DNA of 64,000 nt from an uncultured Clostridia bacterium (GCA_948442695.1 CAOJSF010000007.1:3861-67860), one strand, 5' to 3'; shown: positions 38,991 through 48,474, numbered from the stretch's first letter. Translations and numbers: made by a program. The notes: a model not told the origin generated them from the sequence alone.

Positions 38991-39896
38991 ATGGAAAGAT
39001 ATGTGCATTTGAATAGTTGGCTTAAGGAGAAATTTGGAGAAAGGGTCTTGAAAATTTGTGTTGACGGAGGATTCTCATGTCCAAATCGTGATGGAAGATG
39101 TGGTAAAGGCGGTTGTATTTTTTGTGGTGCTAATGGCAGTGGAAATGGCAAAAGGAATGTTTCAATTTCTGAGCAGGTGAGAAATCATTTGCAAAGTTAT
39201 AGGGGTGAAAGAGCAGAGAAATTTATTGTATATTTTCAGTCTTTCACAAACACATATGATACTATCGAAAACTTAAAGAAAAAGTATGATGAAGCACTTT
39301 CGGTGAGTGACAAGATTGTCGGACTTTCTATCGCGACCAGACCTGATTGTGTCGATGAAAATGTGGCAAAACTTTTGGCAAGTTTTGCTGATAAGTTTTA
39401 TGTTTTTGTAGAACTGGGACTTCAAACTGCAAATGAAGAAACGGGTAAGATTATCAATCGTGGGTATACAAATTCTGATTTTGAAAATGCTGTAAAACTT
39501 TTGCGAAAGTATGGGATTGATGTTGTCGCTCATATAATGATAGGTCTTCCAAATGAGGATAAGGTTGATTTGCAAAAGACGGTAAATTTTTTAAATGCAC
39601 AAGATATAACAGGGCTGAAAATTCACTCGACTTATGTTATTAAAGGAACTAGACTTTGTGAAATGTTTGAAAATGGCGAGTATAAAACGATTGAACTTGA
39701 TGAATATGTTGACAGTGTTGTCTATGTTTTGACACATATAAGAGGTGACATTGTTATACATCGTATAAGTGGCGACGCTCCAAAAGAGCAGTTGGTTGCA
39801 CCGGTTTGGAACACACATAAAAAACTTGTTTTAAATGGTGTTGACAGGGTTATGAGAGAGAAAAACTTGATGCAAGGGCAGTATTTTGATTTCTAA
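38991..39896 (+). CDS. Radical SAM protein, TIGR01212 (YhcC-like) family
   Basis: 301 aa. KICVDGGFSCPNRDGRCGKGGCIFCG is the characteristic N-terminal Cys cluster of this family, followed by a TIM-barrel-like region. Confidence 0.8.
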   Translation: MERYVHLNSWLKEKFGERVLKICVDGGFSCPNRDGRCGKGGCIFCGANGSGNGKRNVSISEQVRNHLQSYRGERAEKFIVYFQSFTNTYDTIENLKKKYDEALSVSDKIVGLSIATRPDCVDENVAKLLASFADKFYVFVELGLQTANEETGKIINRGYTNSDFENAVKLLRKYGIDVVAHIMIGLPNEDKVDLQKTVNFLNAQDITGLKIHSTYVIKGTRLCEMFENGEYKTIELDEYVDSVVYVLTHIRGDIVIHRISGDAPKEQLVAPVWNTHKKLVLNGVDRVMREKNLMQGQYFDF

Positions 39897-40017
39897 AATT
39901 ATTATAGATTTTGTTTGATATAATAATAAAATCAATTATAGGTTGGAAATGATTATGTAATCAATAAATTATATAATTTATAAGTGAAAATATTTGTTTT
40001 ATTTTTAATTTTTAGAA

Positions 40018-40048
40018 TAAAAAAACTAGGAAATATCCTAGTTTTTTT
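40018..40048. terminator. Bidirectional terminator (rplL / radical SAM gene)
   Basis: ACTAGGA-aata-TCCTAGT flanked by A7 and T7. Confidence 0.75.
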
Positions 40049-40074
40049 GCACAATATTCTTTTTTTAATTTGAT

Positions 40075-40446
40075 TTATTTAAGTTTAACTGTAGCGCCAG
40101 CTTCTTTAAGTTTTGCTTCAAGAGCCTTAGCTTCTTCAGTTGGAACGTTTTCTTTAACAGCCTTAGGAGCGCTTTCAACTAATGCTTTAGCCTCTCCAAG
40201 ACCAAGTCCAGTGATTTCTCTTACAACTTTGATAACAGCGATTTTGTTTGCGCCTGCTTCAACAAGTTCTACTGTGAATTCTGATTTTTCTTCAGCAGCA
40301 GGAGCGTTTCCTGCAACTGGAGCAGCAACTGCAACTGGAGCAGCAGCACTTACACCAAATGTTTCTTCAAGTTCTTTTACAAGTTCAGAAACTTCAAGAA
40401 CACTCATAGATTTAATTTCTTCAACTAATTTTTTAATATCAGCCAT
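40075..40446 (-). CDS. rplL: 50S ribosomal protein L7/L12
   Basis: 123 aa. [37 protein letters not shown]...[30 protein letters not shown]. Confidence 0.95.
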   Translation of the reverse strand: MADIKKLVEEIKSMSVLEVSELVKELEETFGVSAAAPVAVAAPVAGNAPAAEEKSEFTVELVEAGANKIAVIKVVREITGLGLGEAKALVESAPKAVKENVPTEEAKALEAKLKEAGATVKLK

Positions 40447-40610
40447 TTTAAATTCCTCCTCGATATTTTGTTGGTTTTATCCAAATTTTATTGTGGCAAA
40501 TTGCCTAATTCTGCTTTTAAAGTAGGGCAGAAAACTACTTATTATTAAAAGTATCAATTTTGTTTAATTGAACTGCTTTTAATCAATCTGCTTTTATAGT
40601 AATGCAGAAA

Positions 40611-41126
40611 TTACTTTGTTGCAATAGCATTTAATGCTCTTGCAAGCCCTTCAACAGGGGCAATCGCAACTCTAGCAAGCCCAGTAATAGGAGCATTGAG
40701 TGTGCGAAGAAGGGTAGCAATAAGAACTTCTTTGCTTGGAAGTTTTGCCAGAGCCTCAATTTCCTTGCTTTCAACGAAATTACCATTAAGTAAACCAAAT
40801 TTTACGGTTAATTTCTTTGTCTTTTCAGCAGTTTCGCAAGCGATTTTTGGACCACTTACTTCATCTTCATAACTGAAAGCAACCGCACTTGTGCCGTGCA
40901 AATATTTTTCGGCACCATTGATTCCAAGTTCGTTGAGTGCAAGGAGCAATAATTTGTTTTTGTAGACTTTGTATTCGCCGCCATTCTTTTTAAACTCACG
41001 ACGCATATTTCCATCTTCAGCAACAGTAAGTGCATTGTAGTCAACGAAAGTCACAGATTTTGCTCTTGAGAGTTTTTCTTTGATTTCTTCAACTATCAAT
41101 TTTTTTGCTTCTAAATTAGCACCCAT
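40611..41126 (-). CDS. rplJ: 50S ribosomal protein L10
   Basis: Track ORF trimmed to the ATG at 41126 (SD AAAGGAGGAAAA). Product MGANLEAKKLIVEEIKEKLSRAKSVTFVDYNALTVAE... is typical of L10. Confidence 0.9.
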   Translation of the reverse strand: MGANLEAKKLIVEEIKEKLSRAKSVTFVDYNALTVAEDGNMRREFKKNGGEYKVYKNKLLLLALNELGINGAEKYLHGTSAVAFSYEDEVSGPKIACETAEKTKKLTVKFGLLNGNFVESKEIEALAKLPSKEVLIATLLRTLNAPITGLARVAIAPVEGLARALNAIATK

Positions 41127-41275
41127 GAAATCTTTTCCTCCTTTAATGAATATTGTGCTTATTAAAACAAAATCTCTATGCCCTCGGAAAAAAGCATAGA
41201 GAAAATTTCTATATATACTTCTTTCCTCGGCAAGCACATTTAAAAAAATGTTTATGATTGACGCTTGCTGTCTTT
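41127..41275 (-). promoter_or_regulatory. rplJ 5' leader with attenuator hairpin (L10-leader-like)
   Basis: Minus strand carries a GCAAGC...GCTTGC stem, a duplicated CCGAGG, and the terminator TCTCTATGC-N12-GCATAGAGA plus TTTTGTTTT (41173-41201), about 45 nt upstream of the start. This fits the Firmicute L10-leader attenuation architecture. Confidence 0.5.
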
Positions 41276-41302
41276 GGATAAGATTTTAATTTCAACTCTA
41301 TT

Positions 41303-41330
41303 ATTATACTTATATTTTTCCTTTTGTCAA
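41303..41330 (-). promoter_or_regulatory. Sigma-A promoter of rplJL
   Basis: Minus strand: TTGACA (41330-41325), 16-nt spacer, TATAAT (41308-41303). Confidence 0.6.
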
Positions 41331-41557
41331 CACTTTTTGCATAAAAAATAAAATTAATTTTGTAGACTTTTTTTAAAATCAAATCATCTTCTTTTCATTT
41401 ACTTGAAAAACAAAGTTTTTTCTTTTCGTTTGCTTGTTGAAAAAAAATACTCAAATAAATCAAAGATGATTTTTCTTCTATTTTTTTGTGTAAACTTCAT
41501 TTTTGTTTATCTTGATAAACGAGAGGAGATAAAGTATAATTATATAAAGAGGAATTT

Positions 41558-43189
41558 ATGACTGAAAAGAAAGAAAATAAATCAAAAAAAGACTTGCTTA
41601 TGGAAAAAATCGAACTTAAAGGCAGTAGGGTAAAACTTAATGTTGATGATTTTATTGCGATTTTTTCTGACGAAGAAAACAATAAAGATATTATCACAAG
41701 AATAAAAGACCTTGCCAAAAATGGAGTCACCATTGAATATAATTATGCTGATTCTTTAGCAGACAATCAATTAATTGAAAAAGATAAATTAGAAAATTTT
41801 GAATTGTCATATAAAAATGCTGTCAAAAATGGAATTAAATGTAGATACAGATCAGAACTTCGTTTTAAAAATGGAAACACATATTTTGATGTAAACAAAA
41901 CTATTGAGGCGACAAAAAAGATTAATGACTGGGCAGATGAAATTAATAATGCAAGGGTGAATGAAATGGAACTTTCGCCTCTTGAAAAATTCTTGTATGT
42001 ATTTGAAATAGCGACTCAATTTAACTATAGATTTGAAGATAAAGCAGGCAATTCAAATTTATCTAGGCATACAATCGCTGTCTTAAATGGTGACAGAATG
42101 GTCTGTGCTGGTTTTGAATCCATCTTTAGACATATTTTAAATAGAGTGGGTATACATTGTTCTTCATTGCTTTTGAATTCAAAAGATGGCTTAGGTGGAC
42201 ATATAGCAGATTTAGTTTATTTAAATGACCCAAAATATAATATCAATGGAATATTTGTTTCAGAGCCAACATGGGGGAGAGAAAAGAAAGGAATCATGGC
42301 AGGTAAAGAATTTCCCTATGCCATAATTTCTATTGAAAATGCAAAAAAGTTGTATGGTGAGGTGAATGGTTTAAAAATAGATGATGAAACGATTAATGAA
42401 AGTAAAAGCAAGTTGTTTGAAAGCCTTTTCGCTGAAAAAAGATTGAAATTGATAAAAACAGAACTTAATGAAAGAAAGGTTCATTTCCTTGAAAATTTCA
42501 ATGGATTTATTGTCAAAGAAAATGTTTATAATTTGGTAAAAAGAGAGATAAAATACATTGCAAAGACTTTAAAATTGAAACAAAAAGATTTAAAGGATTA
42601 TAAACAAAATCGTGTAATTTTTAAAAAAGATGGTTTGTATAAAGACCTTTTAGATTCATTTTTAAATAAGTTTGATGATTTTTATCTCAAAAATGAAAAT
42701 GATGATTCTTCTCTTTTTGATTCAAAAAGCAAGGATTTAGTCAAACATCTTTTGCAGTCAAAATATAGTGTGGAAGAAATTTCAGGGCAATTTTTAAAGA
42801 AGTTGAAAGAATTTTCAAGCAAATCAGACGAAGAAAGATTGAAAACCTTTTTTAATCGAGATTATACGGGTGTTGAAGATATCGGTGACGAAGAGGCAAA
42901 ACAAATATCACAACTTAGAGATGAAATTTTAAATGCAAAAGTATTTGAGAATTCGACATTATATGTAAACGATAAAAGGTTTATAAAAACTGATTATTAC
43001 AAATCATTAATGCCAGCATTGAATATTGTAGGACTTGCCAAAGGATTGAGTGAAATGGGTGCAAAAGTGTATGCGGTGGGCAGACAAAAACTTTGGAAAG
43101 ATGAAACAATAAAAGATATTCAAAGTGATGTAGAAAATGATGAGTTTTATAAAAATATGGATGTGAATGAACTCAATAGATATTTATAA
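41558..43189 (+). CDS. Transglutaminase-like (papain-fold) domain protein, 543 aa
   Basis: Core segment GDRMVCAGFESIFRHILNRVGIHCSSLLL...GGHIADLVYLNDPKYNINGIFVSEPTW fits the C...H...D/E transglutaminase-like pattern (C-x-gF-A...GI...H.w..v...W..(D/E)PT). Long K/E-rich helical C-terminus. Confidence 0.5.
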   Translation: MTEKKENKSKKDLLMEKIELKGSRVKLNVDDFIAIFSDEENNKDIITRIKDLAKNGVTIEYNYADSLADNQLIEKDKLENFELSYKNAVKNGIKCRYRSELRFKNGNTYFDVNKTIEATKKINDWADEINNARVNEMELSPLEKFLYVFEIATQFNYRFEDKAGNSNLSRHTIAVLNGDRMVCAGFESIFRHILNRVGIHCSSLLLNSKDGLGGHIADLVYLNDPKYNINGIFVSEPTWGREKKGIMAGKEFPYAIISIENAKKLYGEVNGLKIDDETINESKSKLFESLFAEKRLKLIKTELNERKVHFLENFNGFIVKENVYNLVKREIKYIAKTLKLKQKDLKDYKQNRVIFKKDGLYKDLLDSFLNKFDDFYLKNENDDSSLFDSKSKDLVKHLLQSKYSVEEISGQFLKKLKEFSSKSDEERLKTFFNRDYTGVEDIGDEEAKQISQLRDEILNAKVFENSTLYVNDKRFIKTDYYKSLMPALNIVGLAKGLSEMGAKVYAVGRQKLWKDETIKDIQSDVENDEFYKNMDVNELNRYL

Positions 43190-43235
43190 AGTTTTATGAT
43201 TAAAATTGAAAATTATAATAAATCAAATTAAATTT

Positions 43236-43269
43236 AAGTTTAGGCGTTTAATTATCCTAAACTTTTTTT
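43236..43269 (+). terminator. Intrinsic terminator
   Basis: AAGTTTAGG-N11-CCTAAACTT followed by T7. Confidence 0.7.
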
Positions 43270-43547
43270 AGAATAAAAGAATAATAGGAGGGAAGAGGTT
43301 GTTTTTTAAGTTACGCAAGAAAAACAGTTTTGGAGCGGTTGTTTTCTTTTACAAAGAATGTGAATATGAAAGAGATCCTCATTTATTTGAGGGGCAAGAT
43401 GTTATGAAGAAAATTTCTTTTTGCGTCAATGTATAATATAAAAAATTACTATTTCAAAACTTTTAAAATTATGCTAAGATTAGCAAGATAAGTTAAATAA
43501 AACTCTTGCCTCATATATAATAGAAGTATGATAAAAAGGAGGGAAGA

Positions 43548-43919
43548 ATGGATTTATTTTCTTTATTTTCAGAACAAAAAAATTGTTTTCAAAGCAAAGA
43601 ATTTTATTATCAAGGCTTAGTTGAGGTGATTGAAAAAGGGGATGATAGAAAGATAATCAATTTTATTAAAAGTGTTGATGATTTTAGAGATTTGTCAAAG
43701 TCTAATTTTTATTGTGCAGAGAGATTATTAACTGACACTATTTTGAAATGTAAAAATCAAAGCGGATTTAATGATGTTGTATTGCTGATGCTTAAAAAGA
43801 AAAATTTTCCTACTGCTTTAAATACGATAGAGATTTTGTATTTGGCAAAACAATATTGCGATAAAAATGTTGTTGATACTATAGAAAGAAATATAAAAAA
43901 ATATAAAAAAAATAAATGA
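43548..43919 (+). CDS. Hypothetical protein (123 aa); possibly the 5' part of a frameshifted gene
   Basis: SD AAAAGGAGGGAAGA. Ends inside a poly-A-rich tract. See the finding on 43548..44340. Confidence 0.55.
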   Translation: MDLFSLFSEQKNCFQSKEFYYQGLVEVIEKGDDRKIINFIKSVDDFRDLSKSNFYCAERLLTDTILKCKNQSGFNDVVLLMLKKKNFPTALNTIEILYLAKQYCDKNVVDTIERNIKKYKKNK

Positions 43920-44034
43920 TAAAGTTGATAAATATGTTGAAAAATATAAAGATAAAATAAGCAAACAACCTCTTGATGTTGAAAAGCCAGTCAGACATTT
44001 TAAAGAAGAAAATCTTGAAAAAATCAATTCAACT

Positions 44035-44340
44035 ATGACGGCAAAGAGAGGCTTTCAAATCATGAGAGAATATGAAGAAAGACTTGAAATGGCAGTAAAA
44101 TACAAAGCATATTCTCAATTTTTAAACGCAATAGAGAGGTTGGAGATTGAATGGTCTAGATCATGTAAAAAGAGTATTGAAGAGCAGTATCTTAAAGTTG
44201 CAGAATTTATAGTTTACCTTGATAAATGTCCAAATATGTTTTCTTATGGAATTTTTTTAGCAGATGCTCTCTCAAGTGAAACTGCAAATTTAATATTAGA
44301 TTATGGCAAAATTGATTTCTCAACTCTTAATTCATATTAA
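44035..44340 (+). CDS. Hypothetical protein (101 aa); probably the 3' part of a frameshifted gene
   Basis: No SD before the ATG at 44035. Its frame is open back to 43897, overlapping the end of the upstream ORF. Confidence 0.4.
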   Translation: MTAKRGFQIMREYEERLEMAVKYKAYSQFLNAIERLEIEWSRSCKKSIEEQYLKVAEFIVYLDKCPNMFSYGIFLADALSSETANLILDYGKIDFSTLNSY

Positions 44341-44495
44341 ATAGGTGCAATTTTGCACAAGTTGTAAGTGTTAGACAAAAAACTAGTGACAAGGTAATGG
44401 AAAAGAAGACATGAAATCTAGATATGATTTTTATGGTAGTAAAAAAACGATACTCAAAAAAAATATCAAGATGAAGAACTAGAAATGTGAATATA

Positions 44496-44528
44496 AAATC
44501 CATCGAAAAAGTGGGTGGATTTTTATTT
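44496..44528 (+). terminator. Intrinsic terminator
   Basis: AAATCCATC-N9-GGTGGATTT (one G.U) followed by a T-rich tract. Confidence 0.5.
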
Positions 44529-44725
44529 ATATTCTTATTTTGGGGTTTTATATAATAAAAAACTGTCTTTATAATACCTTAATAAAAAAATTGATTTCTT
44601 AATTATTAACATTAAATTTCCCCTTATTTCGTAGTTTGTATTTCATACATAATACTATATATAGTTTTTAAACAGATTATGTAATATTTTCTTTGAGTTT
44701 GCAAAAGATAGAAATGAGGTGAAAT

Positions 44726-45427
44726 ATGTTTGGAATCAGTGGTATATACTGGGTGCTTATAAACTCAGTGGCATCCTTTATCTTTTTGTATATTATTTCA
44801 AAAGTTTTAGGCAAAAAACAGATTTCTCAACTTGAATTTATCGACTATGCTGTTGGTATTTCTCTCGGTTCGATTGCTGCCGACTGGTCGATTGAAACAA
44901 AAGAGCCTTTTTATTATTATTTAATTGCAATGGCTATCTTTTTTGTCTTGGCATGGCTGGTAGCCGAAATCGGTCGCAAGAGTTCATTTTTAAAGAGGGT
45001 TTTTAAAGGCAAGCCTTCAACTCTTATTTATGAAGGAGAGGTTGTATACAAAGAACTTAAGAAAAACAAGATTGATGTAAATGATCTTTTGTCCATGCTT
45101 AGAGAAAAGAATTATTTTGATATAAACGATGTTGCTTATGCGATATTTGAGCCTAGTGGAAAGTTGTCAGTTCTTCCAAAAGGTAGTCAAAAACCTGTTG
45201 TTATTGAAGATATTGATGGTGCACAGGTGAAAGAATCATCATTGAATAATGTCTTAATTGTAGATGGTGTTGTTTCAAAATCAGGACTTAGTGAGGCGGG
45301 CAAAAACAAAGAGTGGCTTTTTAGAAAACTTAAAATAGATTCAAAAAAAGACCTTAAAAATATAATTCTAGCAGTCTATGATGAAACCACAAATTTGATT
45401 TCTGTGCATTATAAAAAGCATGACTGA
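44726..45427 (+). CDS. DUF421 (YetF/YrbG-like) membrane protein
   Basis: 233 aa. N-terminal TMs with LGKKQISQLEFIDYAVGISLGSIAA, and C-terminal soluble domain with PSTLIYEGEV...NDLLSMLREKNYFDINDV, as in DUF421 proteins of spore formers. Confidence 0.75.
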   Translation: MFGISGIYWVLINSVASFIFLYIISKVLGKKQISQLEFIDYAVGISLGSIAADWSIETKEPFYYYLIAMAIFFVLAWLVAEIGRKSSFLKRVFKGKPSTLIYEGEVVYKELKKNKIDVNDLLSMLREKNYFDINDVAYAIFEPSGKLSVLPKGSQKPVVIEDIDGAQVKESSLNNVLIVDGVVSKSGLSEAGKNKEWLFRKLKIDSKKDLKNIILAVYDETTNLISVHYKKHD

Positions 45428-45660
45428 AATGTAAACTTAAATTTAAAAAGTAAACTTATAAATAAAATGAAATTTTAAAATTTAAATATAAACTTAACTT
45501 TAAAATGTAGGTTTTTCTGAAAGATAAATGCAAAAAAAGATATTATATTTTTGAAAAGAAAAGTTTTAATTTTTTCAAATGTAAAAAAATGATTTATAGA
45601 TTTATACTTACGTCATGAAAAAGTCTATCAAATTGACAGACTTTTTATTTAACTTTTTAT

Positions 45661-45689
45661 TTGACTTTTAATATATAATTTGTTAAAAT
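45661..45689 (+). promoter_or_regulatory. Sigma-A promoter of leuS
   Basis: TTGACT (45661-45666), 17-nt spacer, TAAAAT (45684-45689). Only a 25-nt leader to the ATG, so no room for a T-box. Confidence 0.6.
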
Positions 45690-45714
45690 ATTCGCATATA
45701 ACGGAGGAAAGACA

Positions 45715-48117
45715 ATGGACTTTAAAGCAAACGAGAAAAAATGGCAAAAAAAATGGGATGAAGAAGAAAAATTTAAGGCGATAGATTTTTCAGATAAGCA
45801 AAAATATTACATTTTAGTAGAATTCCCATATCCTAGTGGAACAGGGCTTCATGTAGGCCATACTCCTAGTCAAATTGCAATGGATATTATCGCAAGAAAG
45901 AGAAGGGCTGAGGGCTATAATGTGCTTTACCCTATAGGTTGGGATGCTTTTGGTCTGCCAACTGAAAACTATGCAATTAAAAATGGTATATCTCCTATAA
46001 AAGCGACAGCAACGAACGTTGAAAACTTTACAAGACAAATCAAAAGTTTGGGAATTTCTTTTGACTGGTCAAGAGAGATTAATACCACAGCCGAAGATTA
46101 TTATAAATGGACACAATGGATTTTCTTGCAATTTTATAAAAAAGGTCTTGCATATAAGGCAACTGCAAACATAAACTGGTGTCCAAACTGCAAAATCGGA
46201 CTTTCAAATGAAGAAAGTGAGGGTGGCGTTTGCGAGAGATGCGGAAGTGCAACAGTGCAAAAACCTAAGACTCAGTGGATGCTTAAGATGAGTGAGTATT
46301 CAGAAAAATTGCTTCAAGGACTTGATGAAACAAATTACTGGGAAAATATAAAAACAATGCAACGCAACTGGATAGGAAAGAGCAGTGGAACTTTACTTCA
46401 TTGTAAACTTGAAAGTGGAGAGGGTTTTGATGTGTTTACAACCTGCATTGAAACAGTCTTTGGTATAACATATTTTGTTCTTGCACCAGAGCATGAACTT
46501 GTTGAAAAGTTAAAAGACAAAATCAAGAATTATGATGAAGTGAAGGCATATATAGAAAAGACAGCAAGCAAGAGTGAATTTGAGCGAAGTCAAATGCTTA
46601 AAGAAAAAACTGGATGCGTTTTGGAAGGAATATATGCAATCAATCCTATAAATGGCAAAAAGGTGCCTGTATTTATCGGTGACTATGTGCTTGCTGGTTA
46701 TGGCAGTGGTGCAGTTATGGCTGTTCCAACACACGACCAGAGAGATTACGATTTTGCAAAACTTTTCTCGCTTCCTATGATTGAGGTTGTTTCTGGTGGA
46801 GATGTTTCAACTCAGGCATTTGAAAAAGCAGATTATTTAGGAAAAGGATGTCGCCTAATAAATTCTGGAGAATTTAACGGACTTACTGTTGAGGAGGCAA
46901 AAGATGCACTCAACAGTTATCTTGAAAAAAATGGTTTAGGCGAAAAAATAAACACATATAAAATGCGTGACTGGGTATTTTCTCGTCAGAGATACTGGGG
47001 TGAGCCTGTGCCTATTGTTCATTGTGAGAAATGTGGTCATGTGCCTGTTCCAGATGATCAACTTCCTGTCACTTTGCCAAAAGTTGAATCTTATAAGCCA
47101 ACTGACGATGGAGAAAGTCCACTTTCATTAATTACTGACTGGGTGAATACAACCTGTCCTCATTGTGGTGGAAAGGCAAAACGTGAAACCGATGTTATGC
47201 CAAACTGGGCTGGTTCAAGTTGGTACTGGCTTAGATATATGGACCCACACAATGACAAAGAATTTGCATCTTTTGACAAGATTAAATACTGGGATAAAGT
47301 TGACTTATATAATGGTGGCGGAGAACACGTTACAAGACACCTTTTATATGCAAGATTCTGGCATAAATTCCTTTATGATAATGGTTTTGTTTCAAACTCT
47401 GAGCCATTTGACAGACGAGTTCAACAGGGCATCATCCTTGCGACTGATGGCTCAAAGATGAGCAAGTCTCGTGGAAATGTAGTTGACCCTATGAAATATG
47501 TTATGGAATATGGTGCGGATGTGACAAGAATTGCTCATATGTTTATGGGTGACTATTGTGAAACAAAACCATGGAGAGAAGATGTGTTTAAACCATGTGA
47601 AAGACTTCTTAACCGAATTGTTGCATTAGGAGAAAAGGTTGACAAAAACATTTCAACTCAAAACAAATTTATTTTGGCTCAAAGCATCAAAAAGGTGAGT
47701 GAGGATATTGAAGGACTTAAATTCAATACTGCTGTTTCACAGATTATGGTGCTTACAAATGCCCTTGAAAAAATGGAAAAAATATCAGAAGAAGACTTTA
47801 AAGTGCTTTTAAGTCTTGCTTGTCCATTTGCTCCACATACAGCCGAGGAACTTTGGCAGGAGAAAGGTTTCGAGGGGAGAGTAGATGACAAATGGCCTAC
47901 TTTCAATGAAAAAGATTTGGTTGAAAACCTTGTTGAGATTGCAGTGCAGGTAAACTCAAAGATTGTCACAAAGATTATGATTGACCCAACTCAATCACAA
48001 GAGGAAATTTTAGATATTGTCAAAGCAGACGATATTGTCAAAAATGCAATTTCAAACAAAGAAATCGTCAAAGAAATCTATGTGCCAAAGAGAATTGTAA
48101 ATATTATCATTAAGTAA
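45715..48117 (+). CDS. leuS: Leucine--tRNA ligase
   Basis: 800 aa. FPYPSGTGLHVGH (HIGH region), a CP1 editing region, KMSKS present. Confidence 0.95.
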   Translation: MDFKANEKKWQKKWDEEEKFKAIDFSDKQKYYILVEFPYPSGTGLHVGHTPSQIAMDIIARKRRAEGYNVLYPIGWDAFGLPTENYAIKNGISPIKATATNVENFTRQIKSLGISFDWSREINTTAEDYYKWTQWIFLQFYKKGLAYKATANINWCPNCKIGLSNEESEGGVCERCGSATVQKPKTQWMLKMSEYSEKLLQGLDETNYWENIKTMQRNWIGKSSGTLLHCKLESGEGFDVFTTCIETVFGITYFVLAPEHELVEKLKDKIKNYDEVKAYIEKTASKSEFERSQMLKEKTGCVLEGIYAINPINGKKVPVFIGDYVLAGYGSGAVMAVPTHDQRDYDFAKLFSLPMIEVVSGGDVSTQAFEKADYLGKGCRLINSGEFNGLTVEEAKDALNSYLEKNGLGEKINTYKMRDWVFSRQRYWGEPVPIVHCEKCGHVPVPDDQLPVTLPKVESYKPTDDGESPLSLITDWVNTTCPHCGGKAKRETDVMPNWAGSSWYWLRYMDPHNDKEFASFDKIKYWDKVDLYNGGGEHVTRHLLYARFWHKFLYDNGFVSNSEPFDRRVQQGIILATDGSKMSKSRGNVVDPMKYVMEYGADVTRIAHMFMGDYCETKPWREDVFKPCERLLNRIVALGEKVDKNISTQNKFILAQSIKKVSEDIEGLKFNTAVSQIMVLTNALEKMEKISEEDFKVLLSLACPFAPHTAEELWQEKGFEGRVDDKWPTFNEKDLVENLVEIAVQVNSKIVTKIMIDPTQSQEEILDIVKADDIVKNAISNKEIVKEIYVPKRIVNIIIK

Positions 48118-48204
48118 TCTAGAATTGATAATATAAAAAATTTTGATTTTGTTTGATTCAAATAAAATATTGATTTTATTGAATATGATTATTTATATAA
48201 AATG

Positions 48205-48234
48205 AACCACCAGATAGTCTGGTGGTTTTAATTT
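48205..48234 (+). terminator. Intrinsic terminator of leuS
   Basis: AACCACCAGA-tag-TCTGGTGGTT (10 bp) followed by TTTTAATTT. Confidence 0.8.
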
Positions 48235-48238
48235 ATAA

Positions 48239-48445
48239 GAAAACACTCACTTCGTTCGTGTTATTCTTGCGTTCCTAAAGAAAACACTCACTTCGTTCGT
48301 GTTATCCTTGCGTCCCTAAAGAAAACACTCACTTCGTTCGTGTTATTCCTCCCGTTCCTAAAGAAAACACTCACTTCGCTCGTGTTATTCCTCTCGTCCT
48401 TAAAGGAATACTCATTTCATTCGTGTTATTCCTCACGTCCCTAAA
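48239..48445 (-). repeat. Tandem array B: five diverged copies of the 42-bp unit, inverted relative to array A
   Basis: Plus strand reads GAAAACACTCACTTCGTTCGTGTTATTCTTGCGTTCCTAAA and variants (41-42 nt), the reverse complement of the array A unit. The AACAC/GTGTT stem is conserved; differences fall in the loop and 3' part. Confidence 0.9.
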
Positions 48446-48474
48446 AAAAACTCTAGCAGTTGGCTAGAGTTTTT
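48443..48474 (-). terminator. Intrinsic terminator of the 48504..49445 gene
   Basis: CTCTAGC-agttg-GCTAGAG. The A8 on the plus strand gives a U8 on the minus strand that runs directly into array B. Confidence 0.75.

Noticed and set aside
40070-40525. 151-aa plus-strand ORF overlapping rplL.
   Set aside because: It is antisense to an unmistakable L7/L12 gene. The Ala/Ser/Thr-rich translation is a mirror of the Ala/Glu/Lys-rich true product.
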